This document shows positions 27,131 through 39,709 of a stretch of 64,000 bases of DNA, piece by piece. Every line of letters starts with the position of its first letter. The first letter of the stretch is position 1. The notes beneath the pieces were generated by a model, which was not told where the DNA came from, ran no database searches, and was given only the letters and a program-made list of their open reading frames with translations. This DNA is from Octopus sinensis (taxonomy: Eukaryota): positions 69,936,001 to 70,000,000 of the forward strand of contig NC_043003.1 of NCBI RefSeq assembly GCF_006345805.1, read 5' to 3'. The position numbers and the translations under genes are program-made.

Positions 27131-29260
27131 TATTGGTTTTATTTTTCCAATTTCTAACTTGGCTTGATTTGAAATAAACTAAATAAATATCAGTATTCTA
27201 TCATTTAGTTGAAGATATTTTGGAGTTTTTTTTTGTTTTGTTTTCTGTTTTTGGTGGGGCTTCTTCATTTTTGTAAAGTAAGGCAATAAAAATTTTTAAA
27301 TGTACTTCTTTGTTTTTTAAATTATTATTTTTTTTGGCTCCTTCCTTTCCATTGCTCTAAAAGGTTTTCAATTCTTTCCTGTTTTTAACCTGAACCAACT
27401 AATGGTAGTTATAGACGGCAGATACAACCAAATCTAAGTTTAAAATACTCAAATCAACTTCCACTTATGAATATGTCTTCGCAGTACACTCTACTTGCTT
27501 CTTAAAAAATTTATCATCACCTTTTCAAAACATCGTCTTGTCTCTTCATATGTCAAATGTATTTCCTGAATGATTTAGTGATTCTTATTTTTTTGTTTTG
27601 TTTCTTTCATATATAAGCTTGAAATCAATACTGAAATAAAATCCCTACCACAAGAGACTCTCTACAAGATTGCTCAGCCTACTAGAAATAGCAACCCACT
27701 TCCTCTTTTACTTGACCTTTGTATCACATGGAATACATAGGATGTATTCCCCTGGTGTCCATGCATTGTATATGATACACGTCATCAATTTTTTTCAGCC
27801 ATCAGACTAACTTGTGACTTATGAAAAAGAAAACTTCATATTACATAGAGTGTATGAAACACGAGTTAACTAAAAGTGTGGAAATACACTTGGACATTGA
27901 GGACAAACTTATGAAAATGCTTTGGACAAAGGATTAAATCTCCCTCAGATCTCATTTTATTGTCTTGAAAATGAGATACATTGGGAAATGTAGTCCTAGA
28001 TACCCTGTCTTAAGATGGAATGGTCACGGCTACACAGCCTTTCATCAAGAATTTGCTTGATCAAGGCTAAGATGGGATTTTATCTTTTGTCTTTGACTTG
28101 TTTCACTCATTGGATTGTGGCCATTACTGGGTCACCACCTTAAAGGGTTTTTCTAGTTGAACAGATTGATCTCAGTATTTATATTTTTCCACACGGTTGT
28201 AAATTGTAAAACATAACTGTCACCACAACTACATGAACCTGAAGATTGCATAGTTTAATGCATGAAAGTACTAGTTCAATCAGAATGGACATATAATATT
28301 CTATCATTTCATCATATATTATCTTATTTTAAGATTGTAAATAAAACATGGAAACCAAAGTTGGAATTTCTTTGAGTAATATATATAGATGATAAGAAAA
28401 TGGAGGAAAAACAATGAGAAGTGTGTTTTGATGCTAAAACGCTATTATCTAATTAGTTAAGCAAGAATGAGTTTACAGCTGTTTCTGTGTACCATACTGA
28501 GGTAAATATGTATTTACCTCGTTGCAAATGGTAGACGTCATCAGAACAAAGAAAGCAGAGATAGACAAAGAGGAGACTAGAGTGAAAGATAGAGAGAGAA
28601 ACCAGAAAAGAAAGTTACTGTGGTAATTACCAGGACTGCCTTTGGATACATCTATCCCTTAGAGGGTTTAAATACCTTATATATATATATAATGGAGAAA
28701 TTGCACAAAATGTATAAATGTATGATGAGTAAAGTGCTGGCACAGTTTCGATTACCTGTTGTTATCCATAGATTTACTGCAGGAACTTTGTAGTGGCAGT
28801 TGGGGTAACAGTATTAATAAAATAGGAAATGTAATGTATATTAGATTTTATTGGGTACATGTTTCAACTCGTTCTGGGTCTCTTCAATAAAAAATCTCAC
28901 TAGAGATTTCTTGAGTTGGCTTATGTACTACTATACGTCCACCTAATTCAAGAATGAGTAAAATCAGAGAAAAATTATTGAAATACAAAAAGTTCAAATA
29001 TGAACGTGGAAAGTATTTAGAGAAAATGACGTGATCAACTTTTGCTGTTGTAACTGTTAAGAGAAAGAAAAGGAAGGAGAAGTTGAATGGAATATAATAC
29101 TTAGACGAATATATATACATACATACATATACTTACATGCACACACAGTTTCTGTCAATCAAGTTCAGTCACTAGACATTGATTGGGTTGAAGTTATAGA
29201 AGACACTTGTCCAAGGTACCATGCAGTGGGACTGAATCCAGTACCATGTGGATGTAAATC

Positions 29261-29410
29261 AAGTTTCTTAACCACACATCCATATTTGCACTTATTTTAC
29301 AACAGTTATAAATGTTTAGAAGAACAAGCAATTTTAAGTTTCTTAACCACACATCCATATCTGCACTTATTTTACAACAGTTATAAATGTTTAGAAGAAC
29401 AAGCAATTTT
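29261..29410. repeat. 75-bp tandem duplication
   Basis: AAGTTTCTTAACCACACATCCATAT..AGCAATTTT at 29261 and 29336, with one mismatch. Confidence 0.95.
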
Positions 29411-30871
29411 AACTTTTTTCTTTTTGTTATTGCAGGAGCATTAAACTACATATAATAATAATAATAATAATAATAATTAGATTGCAGACAAAATGTGCAC
29501 TGAACTCTGTTCTATATTGCTTGCTTTAGAAATTTTAAATCTATTATTTATGATTGCATCCTTCCCAATGTAATGAGATCTAGTCGGTCTGACTAGTGTC
29601 TGTCCTCTTATCTTGCTTCAATCTCATGTCATTTGCATACTTTAATAGAAATGATTTGAGCAGCTGACTAGAGTATTATATGCATTGATTGGTGCTTACA
29701 AGAGAGGAACGATCGCATTGGAATTGGCATCCGATGAGAATGGATTGTGTTGTGTATGCCGGGTGAAAAACTAATGTGAAGTGGATAGAAAAGTGATAGG
29801 TGGTGAGATGAAGAATAGGATAAGGTAATTAGATAAGAAAGGAAAAATAAAACAAGTTAGGAGTCTGTGATCAGAATGATGAAGGACGGAGGTGGGTGGA
29901 GAGCTGCTATCATATAAACATGCCAGTTCATGCTGGTTGGTATGGAAAAAATAAGTTAAAGGCCATTGGTGATAGTGATTACTCTACATGTCTGATGTCT
30001 TAGAATCTAGTTTTGGTTTTTAAATCAAATTGTGATTTTTATCTGGTTCATCATAAGATTAGATTTGTACAGGTTAGAGGAAAGTGGAATTGATGGTATT
30101 CATGCTTTCCCTTAGCTCTGTAATATCATCTGCTACAGATTTAACATAATGAGTTGTGTAATATGGAAGGTGCAGGCATGGCTGTGTGGTTAAGAAGTTC
30201 GCTTTACACCCACATGATTTCAGGTTCAGTCCTAATGCATGGCACCTTGGGCAAATATCTTCTTTTACAGCCCTGGACCAACCTTTGTGAGTGAATTTCA
30301 TAGACTGAAACTGTGTGGAAGCTTGTCATATATGTGTGTGTGTGTGTTTTTATATTTGACGAGTGTCGACACTATTTGGTAGGTGATATTGGTGTGTTTA
30401 CACTTCCATAACTTAGCATCTTGGCAGGAGAGATTAATGGAAAAGTACCAGACTTAGCTAAATTAGTATTGGGGGTGGGGTCGATTTGTTTGACTAAACC
30501 CTTCATGGCTGCAGTCCAATGGCTGAAACAAAAGAAGATAAAAGAAGACAAAGATAGAAAAGTGATTCTGTGGCATTCATGCTTTCCCATTGGCATTAGA
30601 ATATACGAGTAAGCTGAATAAACAACCACCATTAGAAATTCAACCAAATTTTGTTGGCTTGCTATTTGTGTATCGCCTCCATCATTTTTACACTTGTGGT
30701 TTGGCTTAAAATACTGAGTCAGAGATTAATTTTATTAACAATGCATTACTTACAAGATATATGTATTAGTTAGTTAACGATGTTCTAAATTTAGGTAGTT
30801 CAGTGCATACATTATCATAAACAGCTGCAATTTCATTTATCTTTCAAATATTAACATACAGTAACTGTCTG

Positions 30872-30942
<71 letters not shown>

Positions 30943-32078
30943 TTCAACATCAATTTTATTGTTAACATTTGTTGGTTTTCTTCCTCTTAAGATTTTAAGT
31001 TTTGTTATAAAAGCAACTTTGTTTTAGTTTAACAAAAAGACTAAAAAAAAAAAAACACCACCTTTTTGTTTGATCACTGATTAATTACTCTCTACCTCTT
31101 GGTGGAAGTATTGATCTCTATATTATCTTCTGTGTCTTTGTTATCATTGACCACCAATAGAAAGGATGTTCTACCAGTCAATAACCATGTTTTCTTGTCT
31201 TCCCCTTGTTTCAGTCATGCTGCTGTCTCTCTTCATACAACATACTTCCTCTCTCCCTCTCTCTCTCTCTCTCCCTTTCTTGTATGGTTTATATGATTAG
31301 CCATTTTTACTACTATTATTATTAATAATAATAATAATATTGCTGTAGTTTGAATCCTGCTGTATAAAATCTCATCATCTTCATATTCTTTATGGTGCCT
31401 GGCATTCATTGCTATTGTTGGAATATGCTGCTGTCTATTGAAATAGTGTACTAATGGATTCCCAAGTTGGCTCTGATATTCCTTGCCATTTCTTTTTCCT
31501 GTATAGCTTTTACATTTTATATTTTCCCTGCTGTTTTAGATATTTTTGTCTAGCATCATTTTAAGTATATTACACACACACACACACAAGTATATATATG
31601 TGTGTGTGTGTTTGATTTTTTTTACTTGTTTCAGTTATTAGACTGCAGCCATGCTGAAGTACTGCCTTGGAGAATTTTAGTTGAATGAACTGTGCCTACC
31701 CCACCCCAGTACTTTTTATTTTTTAAACCTGGTCCTTATTCTGTCGGTCTGTTTTGCCAAACTGCTAAGTTACAGGGATGTAAACACACCAATACTAGTT
31801 GTCAATTTGTGGTGGGGGACAAACACAGACACAAACACATACACACACACACACACACACATATACATGACGGGCTTCTTTCAGTTTCTATCTACCAAAT
31901 CCACTTACAAGGTTTTGGTTGGCCTGAGGCTATAGTAGAAGACACTTGCTCAAGGTGCCATGCAGTAGGACTGAACCCAGAACCATGTGGTTGGGAAGCA
32001 AGCTTCTTATTCCTTAACGTCCATTTTCCATTGGCATGGGTTAGGGAAAATGGATGTTAAATGTTGATGATGACGATG

Positions 32079-32141
<63 letters not shown>

Positions 32142-32146
32142 TATAC

Positions 32147-32262
32147 ATACATACAATATTTCCATTATGTCCTTTCTATTGTATCAAAATTTCATGCACA
32201 TTTATTTAAGTTAAAGAAGTTATCAAAAATTGAAACTCATCAGTGACTTTTGGGACACCCTG
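32147..32262. mobile_element. Tc1/mariner terminal fragment inside (TA)n
   Basis: Ends in CAGTGACTTTTGGGACACCCTG (reverse complement CAGGGTGTCCCAAAAGTCACTG), a Tc1/mariner-type TIR. Confidence 0.5.
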
Positions 32263-32274
32263 TGTGTGTATATG

Positions 32275-32326
<52 letters not shown>

Positions 32327-32501
32327 TATAAATAAAATGAGTAGATGGACACCCGATAACTGATGAAGGGTCGTTTTTTATGTTACTTGTCTTGTTTTCC
32401 ATTTGTTTCTCTTTTTTTTTGCATGCCAAAGTTTGTCTTCATATTTCATGTTGTTTACCCTGTACCCATATATGCATATATATATATATAAATATACATA
32501 C

Positions 32502-32547
<46 letters not shown>

Positions 32548-34784
32548 TATATGTATGTACATATATGTATGTATCAAAATCAAATCAACTGGAAATTGTA
32601 GTTGTGACCCATGTGCTGGTAGCACAAAAAAAGTACCATCCACTCTTGAGTGGTTGGCATTAGGAAGGGCATCCAGCTGTAGAAACACTGCCAGATTAGA
32701 CTGGAGCCTGGTGCAGCCTCCTGGCTTCCCAGACCCCAGTCGAATTGTCCAACCCATGCTAGCATGGAAAATGGACATTAAACGATGATGATGATGATAA
32801 ATAAGGTTAAAACGCGTCCTCTTAAGACACATCTGCTTACTTCAATATTCCAAATCTCTGTGTAGATGTTACATTTGTGTGAGGTATGCAGAAGAGTTGA
32901 AAAGTACTGGAAAATATTTTCTGCCAAGTAATAATATAAAAACAGGAGATTGGGAAGTTTTTTGGTATTGTTTATTTATTTATTTGTGTTTCATTTGCTA
33001 ATAGGAATTTACAAAGTTGTACATGTATTGGAAAACATATAAGATACGTCTTATTGGAAATTCTACAGACAGGAAAATCAAATAATATCATTTGATTTCT
33101 GTCAGAGGATGTCTTACATGTTTTCTCCTACATGTACGATTTTGTAACTCTTATTAGCAAATGAAACATGTGTAATGGCGAATAAATAATACCAAAACTT
33201 TTTCCAATTTCCTGTTTTGATGTGTGTGTGTGTCCCTCCATCACTACTTGACAATTCTTGATGGTGTATTTATGTCCCTGTAACTTAGCATTTTGGCAAA
33301 AGAGACTGAATAAATAACAAGGTTTAAAAATACAGAAAAAAAAATGGGTGGGGGGGGTTGATTTGTTTGACTAAAGTTCTTGAAGGTGGTGCCCCAGCAT
33401 GGCTGCAGTCTAATGACTGAAACGAGTAAAAGATGAAAGATACCATCATTCAACATTCATGTTCCATGCTGGCATCGGTTGGATGGTTTGACAGGATCTG
33501 ATATGTCCAAGGACTGCATCATGCTCCCGTGCCTGCTTTGGAATTCTTTCTATGACTGGATGCTCTTCCTGATGCTAACCATTCTACCACATGCAAAGAG
33601 TGTTTTTCTTTCTTGCCACCAGCACTAGACAGGTCACCATGTATCTGGCAAGAGTATGAGACCCAAGAGATCAGCTTTATACTAGGATATGAGGGTTATA
33701 AGTTGGGTAAAAGCGTGAGAGAAGTTTTGGCAGTGGAGTGTGAATGTGTGTAGGGGCAGAGCTGAGCCGGTTTGTTGTTGAAATGGAGCTGCATATGTAC
33801 TCATATTTTAGGAGTGAGAGAAGGAGTGATTGAGTGGAGGTGGAGAGCAGGAGAAAAATAATAGTGATGAAGTGTTAGACTTTCAAGGTATGAAGCAGGG
33901 TAGAAATGAGTGGGGTAGAGGGACCTGGAGTATGGTGGAGAGTAGGAGATGATTGACAGTGTGGAACAGCTAAATAGTTAGGATGAAGCAACAAACAAGA
34001 CGTGTGTGAGTCTGCCTACCTGTCTGCACACCTATCTGCCTATCTTCCACTGTATTAAAACTACTTAGATGCTATCAGTTTTTAAGGTCATGATTATAAA
34101 GGTCACTTGTAATATTTACACCAATTAGGTTTTATGTTATAATTATATAGATTGTGTTGTTTCTTATTGTACCTGTAAGAAAATTAATGTAATTCATCTA
34201 GCGAGAGAACTGCATGAAAACCTGCAAACTATTGGCTTATTTCTTTGTCATTAATTGTTTTTTTTTTGTTTTTATATTCATTTTAATATTTATATTTTCC
34301 CATTCTAAGTGAGGATTAAATCCAACATATTTTAAAGAGAACTGCAGGGCAAATAGCTTAATGTTGAGTAGACAAGAGAGCCAGGCAAAGTGTTTTATCT
34401 TTGTGTGGTGGTTCATGGATTTGAGTTTGGTTTCCACCATTTTCAGCTTTGCATTTCAAATCTTTGGGGATTATTAAAAACAGTTAAGGCTTCCCTGATA
34501 GATTGTCATTCACAAGTTGTTGTACACTCTGCACTAAATCAATCTGTTGCACTTGTTTGGAGTTATCAGACTGGCATGCTGCCTATAGGCTATTAAGGAT
34601 TATTGTGGTTGTTGAACCTGCTAGAAATAGCTGTTGAGTCTCATTGTAAGTTTAAATAATGAAAGAGATGTGAGAATCCAGAACAATGTAGTGTTGGATA
34701 CATTATGCTTCAATCAAAATATAAACAGCTTTTCTTATTGATCACAGCTAGAAAATATAGCATTAACATTTTCAGAAATAAATA

Positions 34785-34920
34785 TACGAGGGTGAGTCAA
34801 ACAGTAATGCCATTTTGTTTAGGACAGGTATAATTACCAACACAGGAACATGTATCATACATCAAAATGAAGCTGGTCCTCTGTGGATCACTTCCTTACT
34901 TCTCAACAAAGTCACAACCA
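34785..34920 (+). mobile_element. Mariner-type TIR fragment
   Basis: TA followed by CGAGGGTGAGTCAAACAGTAATGCC, a typical mariner terminus. Confidence 0.55.
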
Positions 34921-36650
34921 TAGCAGAAAAAACTCACCTAAGGTGCCCCATGGTGAGACTGAACTCAGAGCAAACTTCTTATTACACAGCCGCTTCTGCG
35001 CCTATATTAACTATTTATGGAAATCTTACAAAACATATAAATTTTTAAAATCTTTGATTTTATATTCTTTTGGTTATATGATGCCACTATCTTGCATAAT
35101 TAAACCTCGTCCTGTTTTGTACAGGCTATCATTATAGCCACGGACTAAAGGAGGAAATCTTCTGAAGAAACAATAATTTGTGGCAGTGTTGAAGATGAAT
35201 GTTTGCTTAGAATTTGGCCCCAAAGTGTAAAGACCACAGCTAACACCTGCCATAATCTGGGTCTTGCTTGTGGGAAACATTTGTAGTTATTTGAGATAAT
35301 ATCACAAGTAACATGCTTTAAAAAAAATGTTCTTGCAAGCAGCTTTCATGATTATGTTAAATATCTTTGAAAGCAGCACCAAGGAGACATTAAGACTAGG
35401 TTATCAATTATTGTTAATTACTTTTCACATTTTAAATACACCTCAACATTTATCAGATTCAGAATGCTATTGGGAGATGCTTTTCAATATTTTAAGTGTC
35501 AACACTGTAATTCATATCATGATAGCTCTTTTCAGATCAAACTTATTAAACCTCCATTTAATTTATTTAATTCATCAACTGGCAACAGAGCAATGTAATT
35601 ACTGAAGATGGTTAATTTCATTATGCTGCTATCCTATGGTAATTTTTATCCAAAATTTAATGGTTATTATTTTTCTCATAATAATTGCAATAATTGCTCC
35701 ATATAAGTAGGTAAGATTGTTCAGAAATGTTTCTTTCTCTTATAATTTCTATATCCATTTTTACTGTTCTTTCTCTCTCGTGGTGTATCATTATCGTCAT
35801 GCATCAGATTCTCCATCTTTACATCAGTTGAAAACATTTTCACTTAACCTAGCATCTCTGTCACTTGTGGTCATTTGTCATCTTTGTGAGGTTCAGCCTC
35901 CTGAGATCAACTTTCAAGTAACATTTCCGATATCTTCTTCCCTGGTCTTCCTCTTTCACTCACATAAAACTATAGCCAAAAGCTGACTACTTCAGTGTTC
36001 GCAAAATGATGCTTTTACATCAATCAATAATTTGTGTTTAAAACATTAACCTGTTTATTTTCCCGTCCACCAACCCTATAAATGTATGTTCTTGAGTTGT
36101 GTTTAAATGCTGTAGAAGTACATTTTAGTGGATTCTACAACCAGAATTTTCCATCTGTTGGCTTAGTTCCCATTGATAGTTTTCTGTTCCAGATTGAATT
36201 CATATCCAATGACTCATTTAATTTTTTTTCCATCCATTTTTATAAAACATGTATTGGATATACAGAGAGACAGTTTAATGTTGGTTGCTGCTTTTTACCT
36301 ATGTCTTCTAAATGTCATTCAGTCTATGATAAATTCTGAATTCACTTCTCATAGAAGACTAGTTTATTCAGCTTTGTTGACCTTACTTAACAGGACTCTG
36401 GTATTTTTCATGTCCTGATTATCATTATCATTATTCGTTCGTTCATTGTTTAACGTCCGCTTTCCATGCTAGCATGGGTTGGACGGTTTGACTGAGGTCT
36501 GGCGAACCACATGGCTGCACCAGACCCCAATCTGATCTGGCAGAGTTTCTACCGCTGGATGCCCTTCCTAATGCCAACCAATCCGAGAATGTAGTGGGTG
36601 CTTTTATGTGCCACTGGCATGAGGGCCAGTCAGGTGGTATTATTATTATT

Positions 36651-37284
36651 GTTTAAGATGACGCACAGTATCCAATATCGTGTTGTTGATGATTAAAGAT
36701 ATTGTGTCTACTGGGGATTTATACTGTTTGTCAAGTCACAACAAGGACCTCAGACTGACAGTACTTTACGCAATATGCATGCAGTTCCAAGTAATGCTGA
36801 TTTTTGCAATACACTTAGATTCTAGAATATTTCTAAAGTTTCCAGATGTTTTTTCAGATTGGGTGGTATTGAACCCAATGCGCCGATGACAATAGGAGTG
36901 ACCTTTATGTTTGGCTCTTGTAGCTGCCACATCTTAGTGATCTCAATTCTCAGCTCTCCATATTTATCAACTTTGTCTCTTTCTTTCATGATGAGGATAT
37001 GTTGATCTCCTGGCACTGCTACGTCAATTATTAGGCACTCTTGTTTGTCCCTCCTAAAGGTTACTATATCCAGCTTTTGGTGCTCTAACACCTTATCTGT
37101 CTAGAAATCAAAGTCTTTGAGGATTTTTGCCTTCCCCTTTTTGTCCATTACTTTTTCCAGTGTATGTTGGTACCAAGCACTCGTTACCTTGTATCCATAC
37201 TTACGGCATAATAGCCAGTGGAGGTTTTGGGCTACCTTGTTGTGTCTGTGCAAGACTTTTACAAACACTAAAAATGTGTGTAAG
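36651..37284 (-). mobile_element. R4/Dong-like non-LTR retrotransposon 3' fragment (end of CCHC knuckle plus restriction-like endonuclease), decayed
   Basis: Minus-strand translation THIFSVCKSLAQ..HNKVAQNLHWLLCRKYGYKVTSAWYQH..KAKILKDFDF*TDKVLEHQKLDIV..ECLIIDVAVPGDQ..KERDKVDKYGELRIEITKMW..VTPIVIGALGSIP, matching the R4/Dong C-terminus. The 3' end abuts an (AAT)n tract at 36639-36650. Confidence 0.88.
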
Positions 37285-37844
37285 TGGTATCTACTTGCAA
37301 CTGAATTTGATAGATGGAATGTGTGAGAAAGCCCATCATATATGTGTGTGTTTGTCCCTTGCTACTTGACCACCTCTGTTGGTTTATATTCTGTGACTTA
37401 GTGGCTCAGTAAAAGAGATAGAAAGAATAAGTATCAGATTTTAAAATAAGCTAACTAATGCATTTGATTCATTCAACTAAAAATTCTCCAATGACTGAAA
37501 TGAGTAAAAGACAATTGCAACAGTTGTTTTTCTCACTGGATGCTTTTCTAATTGCAATCACTCAATTCTGAAGTAAGAGTAAAACTTGTCTTTCCCATTA
37601 CTAGGCAAACTAGAACAAATAGAATTAAGTACACTTACTCCAAGGTAAATGTTGGCAAGCGTCCAGAATTGGTAGCATGTCAGACAAAGTGCCTAGCAGC
37701 ATTTCTTCTGGCTCTTTGTTCTGAGTTCAAATCCCACTGTGTGGCACCTTGGGCAAGTGTCTTCTACTACAGCCTTGGGCTGACTAAAGCCTTGTGAGTG
37801 GATTTGGTAGATGGAAACCGAAAGAAACCTGTCAAATGTGACCG

Positions 37845-38045
37845 CGTATGTATCGTTGGCGATTTTTTTTTTCCGTCTTCTCTTCCTTGGATCTTTCCTT
37901 TTCCTATGTTTCTGACAAAGAGCTCCGCTCGAAACGTTAAATCCTCCTTCTTTCTTTCCTTTCTTGAGCGTCCAATAACACTATATTTGTTCCTTGTCCT
38001 CGCGTTGTTGTGTTTTCTCTTTGTGTTTTCATGTTTGGATTAACT
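37845..38045 (+). mobile_element. Penelope-like terminal fragment with hammerhead-like motif (37907-37942), nested in a SINE
   Basis: GTTT-CTGACAA-A-GAGC(TCC)GCTC-GAAACGT-T/AAAT. CpG-rich insert splitting a SINE at its TA-rich middle. Confidence 0.6.
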
Positions 38046-38382
38046 ATATATATATGTATGTATTTGTGTGTCTGTGTTTCTCCTCCTATCATTGTTTGAC
38101 AACTGATGTTGGTGTGTTTACGCCCACTGAACTTAGAGGTTCGGCAAAAGAGACCAATAGAGTAAGTACTAGATTTACAAAGAATAAGTCCTGGGGTGGA
38201 TTTGGTTGACTAAAGGTGGTGCTCCAGCATGGCTGCAATCAAATGATTGAAACAAGTAAAAGAATATAAGAAAAGGTTTTCTTTTTGAGTGTTTATGATA
38301 TAGTTGTCTGTTCTTAGTGAATTGATTACACATGACTTGTGTCTCAGATGAGTGGTTTCACTAAATTTTCTAATTCTCACAG

Positions 38383-38492
38383 GAAGGAAGAGATGTAAAA
38401 GTTACAACTTTTAGCTCTCGCTTCTATAATAGCAAATTTTACTGCTCTACTAAAACAAAAGAATTGGTTTTGAAATTGCAACTAAATTATAG
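38383..38492 (+). other. Candidate 110-nt upstream (5' UTR) exon of alpha-adaptin
   Basis: Branch-like CTAAT, then TTCTCACAG acceptor ending at 38382 and TAG/GTAAGC donor at 38493. Non-repetitive sequence 1.1 kb upstream of the 39627 acceptor. Confidence 0.45.
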
Positions 38493-39626
38493 GTAAGCTG
38501 TGTTTGTGTAGCAGAAGCGACAAAATGATTGCCCATACCATGTTGAAAGATTTCCATAATTGTATCTGATTGTGAAGAATTATTTTAAAGCTTCATGTAT
38601 CTTAAATAATGTTGAGCTAAAATTGTACATACGCATGCAAAAATGATGATGATGATGATCATCATCATCATTTAATGTCCTTGTGAATGAATTTGGTTGG
38701 CAGAAACTGTGCAGAAGCCTGCCATACATACATTTGTCTATATGTATGTGTGTGTCTCTTTGTGTTTGCCCTTCACCATTTTGTGATAACTGGTGTTGGT
38801 TTGTTTACTTGTCCATAACTTAGCAGTTTGACAAAAAAGATTGACAAAATACGTACCAGATTTAAACCAATTAACTCCTGTATTTATAATATTTTGGCTA
38901 AATCCTTTGAGGTGGTACTCCAGCATGACCACAGTCTGTTGATTGAAACAAAGAAAAGCTAAACATGCATTTATATTGACTTTATCTAGTTTTTAACAGA
39001 ATGTTGGAGTTGTGGATAAGATGCCTTGCTGTGGTTCATCCAGTGCTTTTCACTGAGTTTGCTTACAACAACTGCATCATCATTTAATGTCTGTTTTCCA
39101 TGCTGGCATGGGTTGGTAAGCCACTCGGTTATGTTGAACTCCAATGTCTGCTTTGGCATGGTTTCTACATCTGGATGCCTTTCCTAATGCCAACCACTTC
39201 AGAATGTGCTGGATGGTTTGTTTGTTTTTTTTTTGTACCGTTGGCATTGTAGGGGTTGCAAAGTAACTTGCAAGACAAGAAAAGTATAAGAAAAAGGGAA
39301 AAGAAGAAAAACAGAAAAGCAGGTGGGCGTGTATTTGAGAAGTTGCTGTGGTTTTATGCCAAGTGTTGGGTGGCTAAAGTATGAAAGCAGGACAAGCACT
39401 GGTGCCTTGCTATAGAGAAGCTACATGGTCACTTGGACCACATCATTGATGTTGAAGGGAGTGGTTGCTGCATGTGCAGCTTCATGCAGGCCCGCACTCT
39501 GGAAAGTTGCAGTTATATGGTTAACCTTCAGTGAGGGAGGTAGGGGCCTTAGAATGTCTTTGATTGTTTCTTCACTTCGTTAAAGCTTTTATGTTAACTA
39601 ATTAAATCTTTTATTTTTTTTTCCAG

Positions 39627-39645
39627 GTGAAAGTAAGCCTCCAAA
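39627..39645 (+). other. 5' UTR part of the alpha-adaptin start exon, preceded by a splice acceptor
   Basis: Long polypyrimidine tract ending TTTTTTTTTCCAG at 39626, then 19 nt before the ATG. Confidence 0.85.
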
Positions 39646-39709
39646 ATGCCTGCTGTAAAAGGGGATGGAATGCGGGGACTGTCAGTTTTTATATCTGACA
39701 TAAGAAATT
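39646..39709 (+). CDS. AP2A2: First coding exon of AP-2 adaptor complex subunit alpha (alpha-adaptin)
   Basis: ATG at 39646 reads [21 protein letters not shown] plus 1 nt, then a GTAAGT donor at 39710. This is near-identical to the alpha-adaptin N-terminus (human [23 protein letters not shown]) with the same phase-1 intron in the Cys codon. In-frame upstream stops (TGA 39628, TAA 39634) fix this ATG as the start. The AP2A1/AP2A2 label is nominal because invertebrates generally have one gene. Confidence 0.95.

Noticed and set aside
28499-28520. GAGGTAAATA-TG-TATTTACCTC palindrome as a regulatory site or ncRNA
   Set aside because: Short, and probably the centre of a decayed MITE.
28855-28900. 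Additional hammerhead on the minus strand (TTGAAGA..GAAACAT)
   Set aside because: Core and stem II are too degenerate. At most it is a decayed PLE terminus.
39627-39658. Overlapping out-of-frame peptide (G)ESKPPKCLL* as a prenylated C-terminus of an upstream gene
   Set aside because: CLL is one residue short of a CaaX box and no upstream coding exons chain to it.
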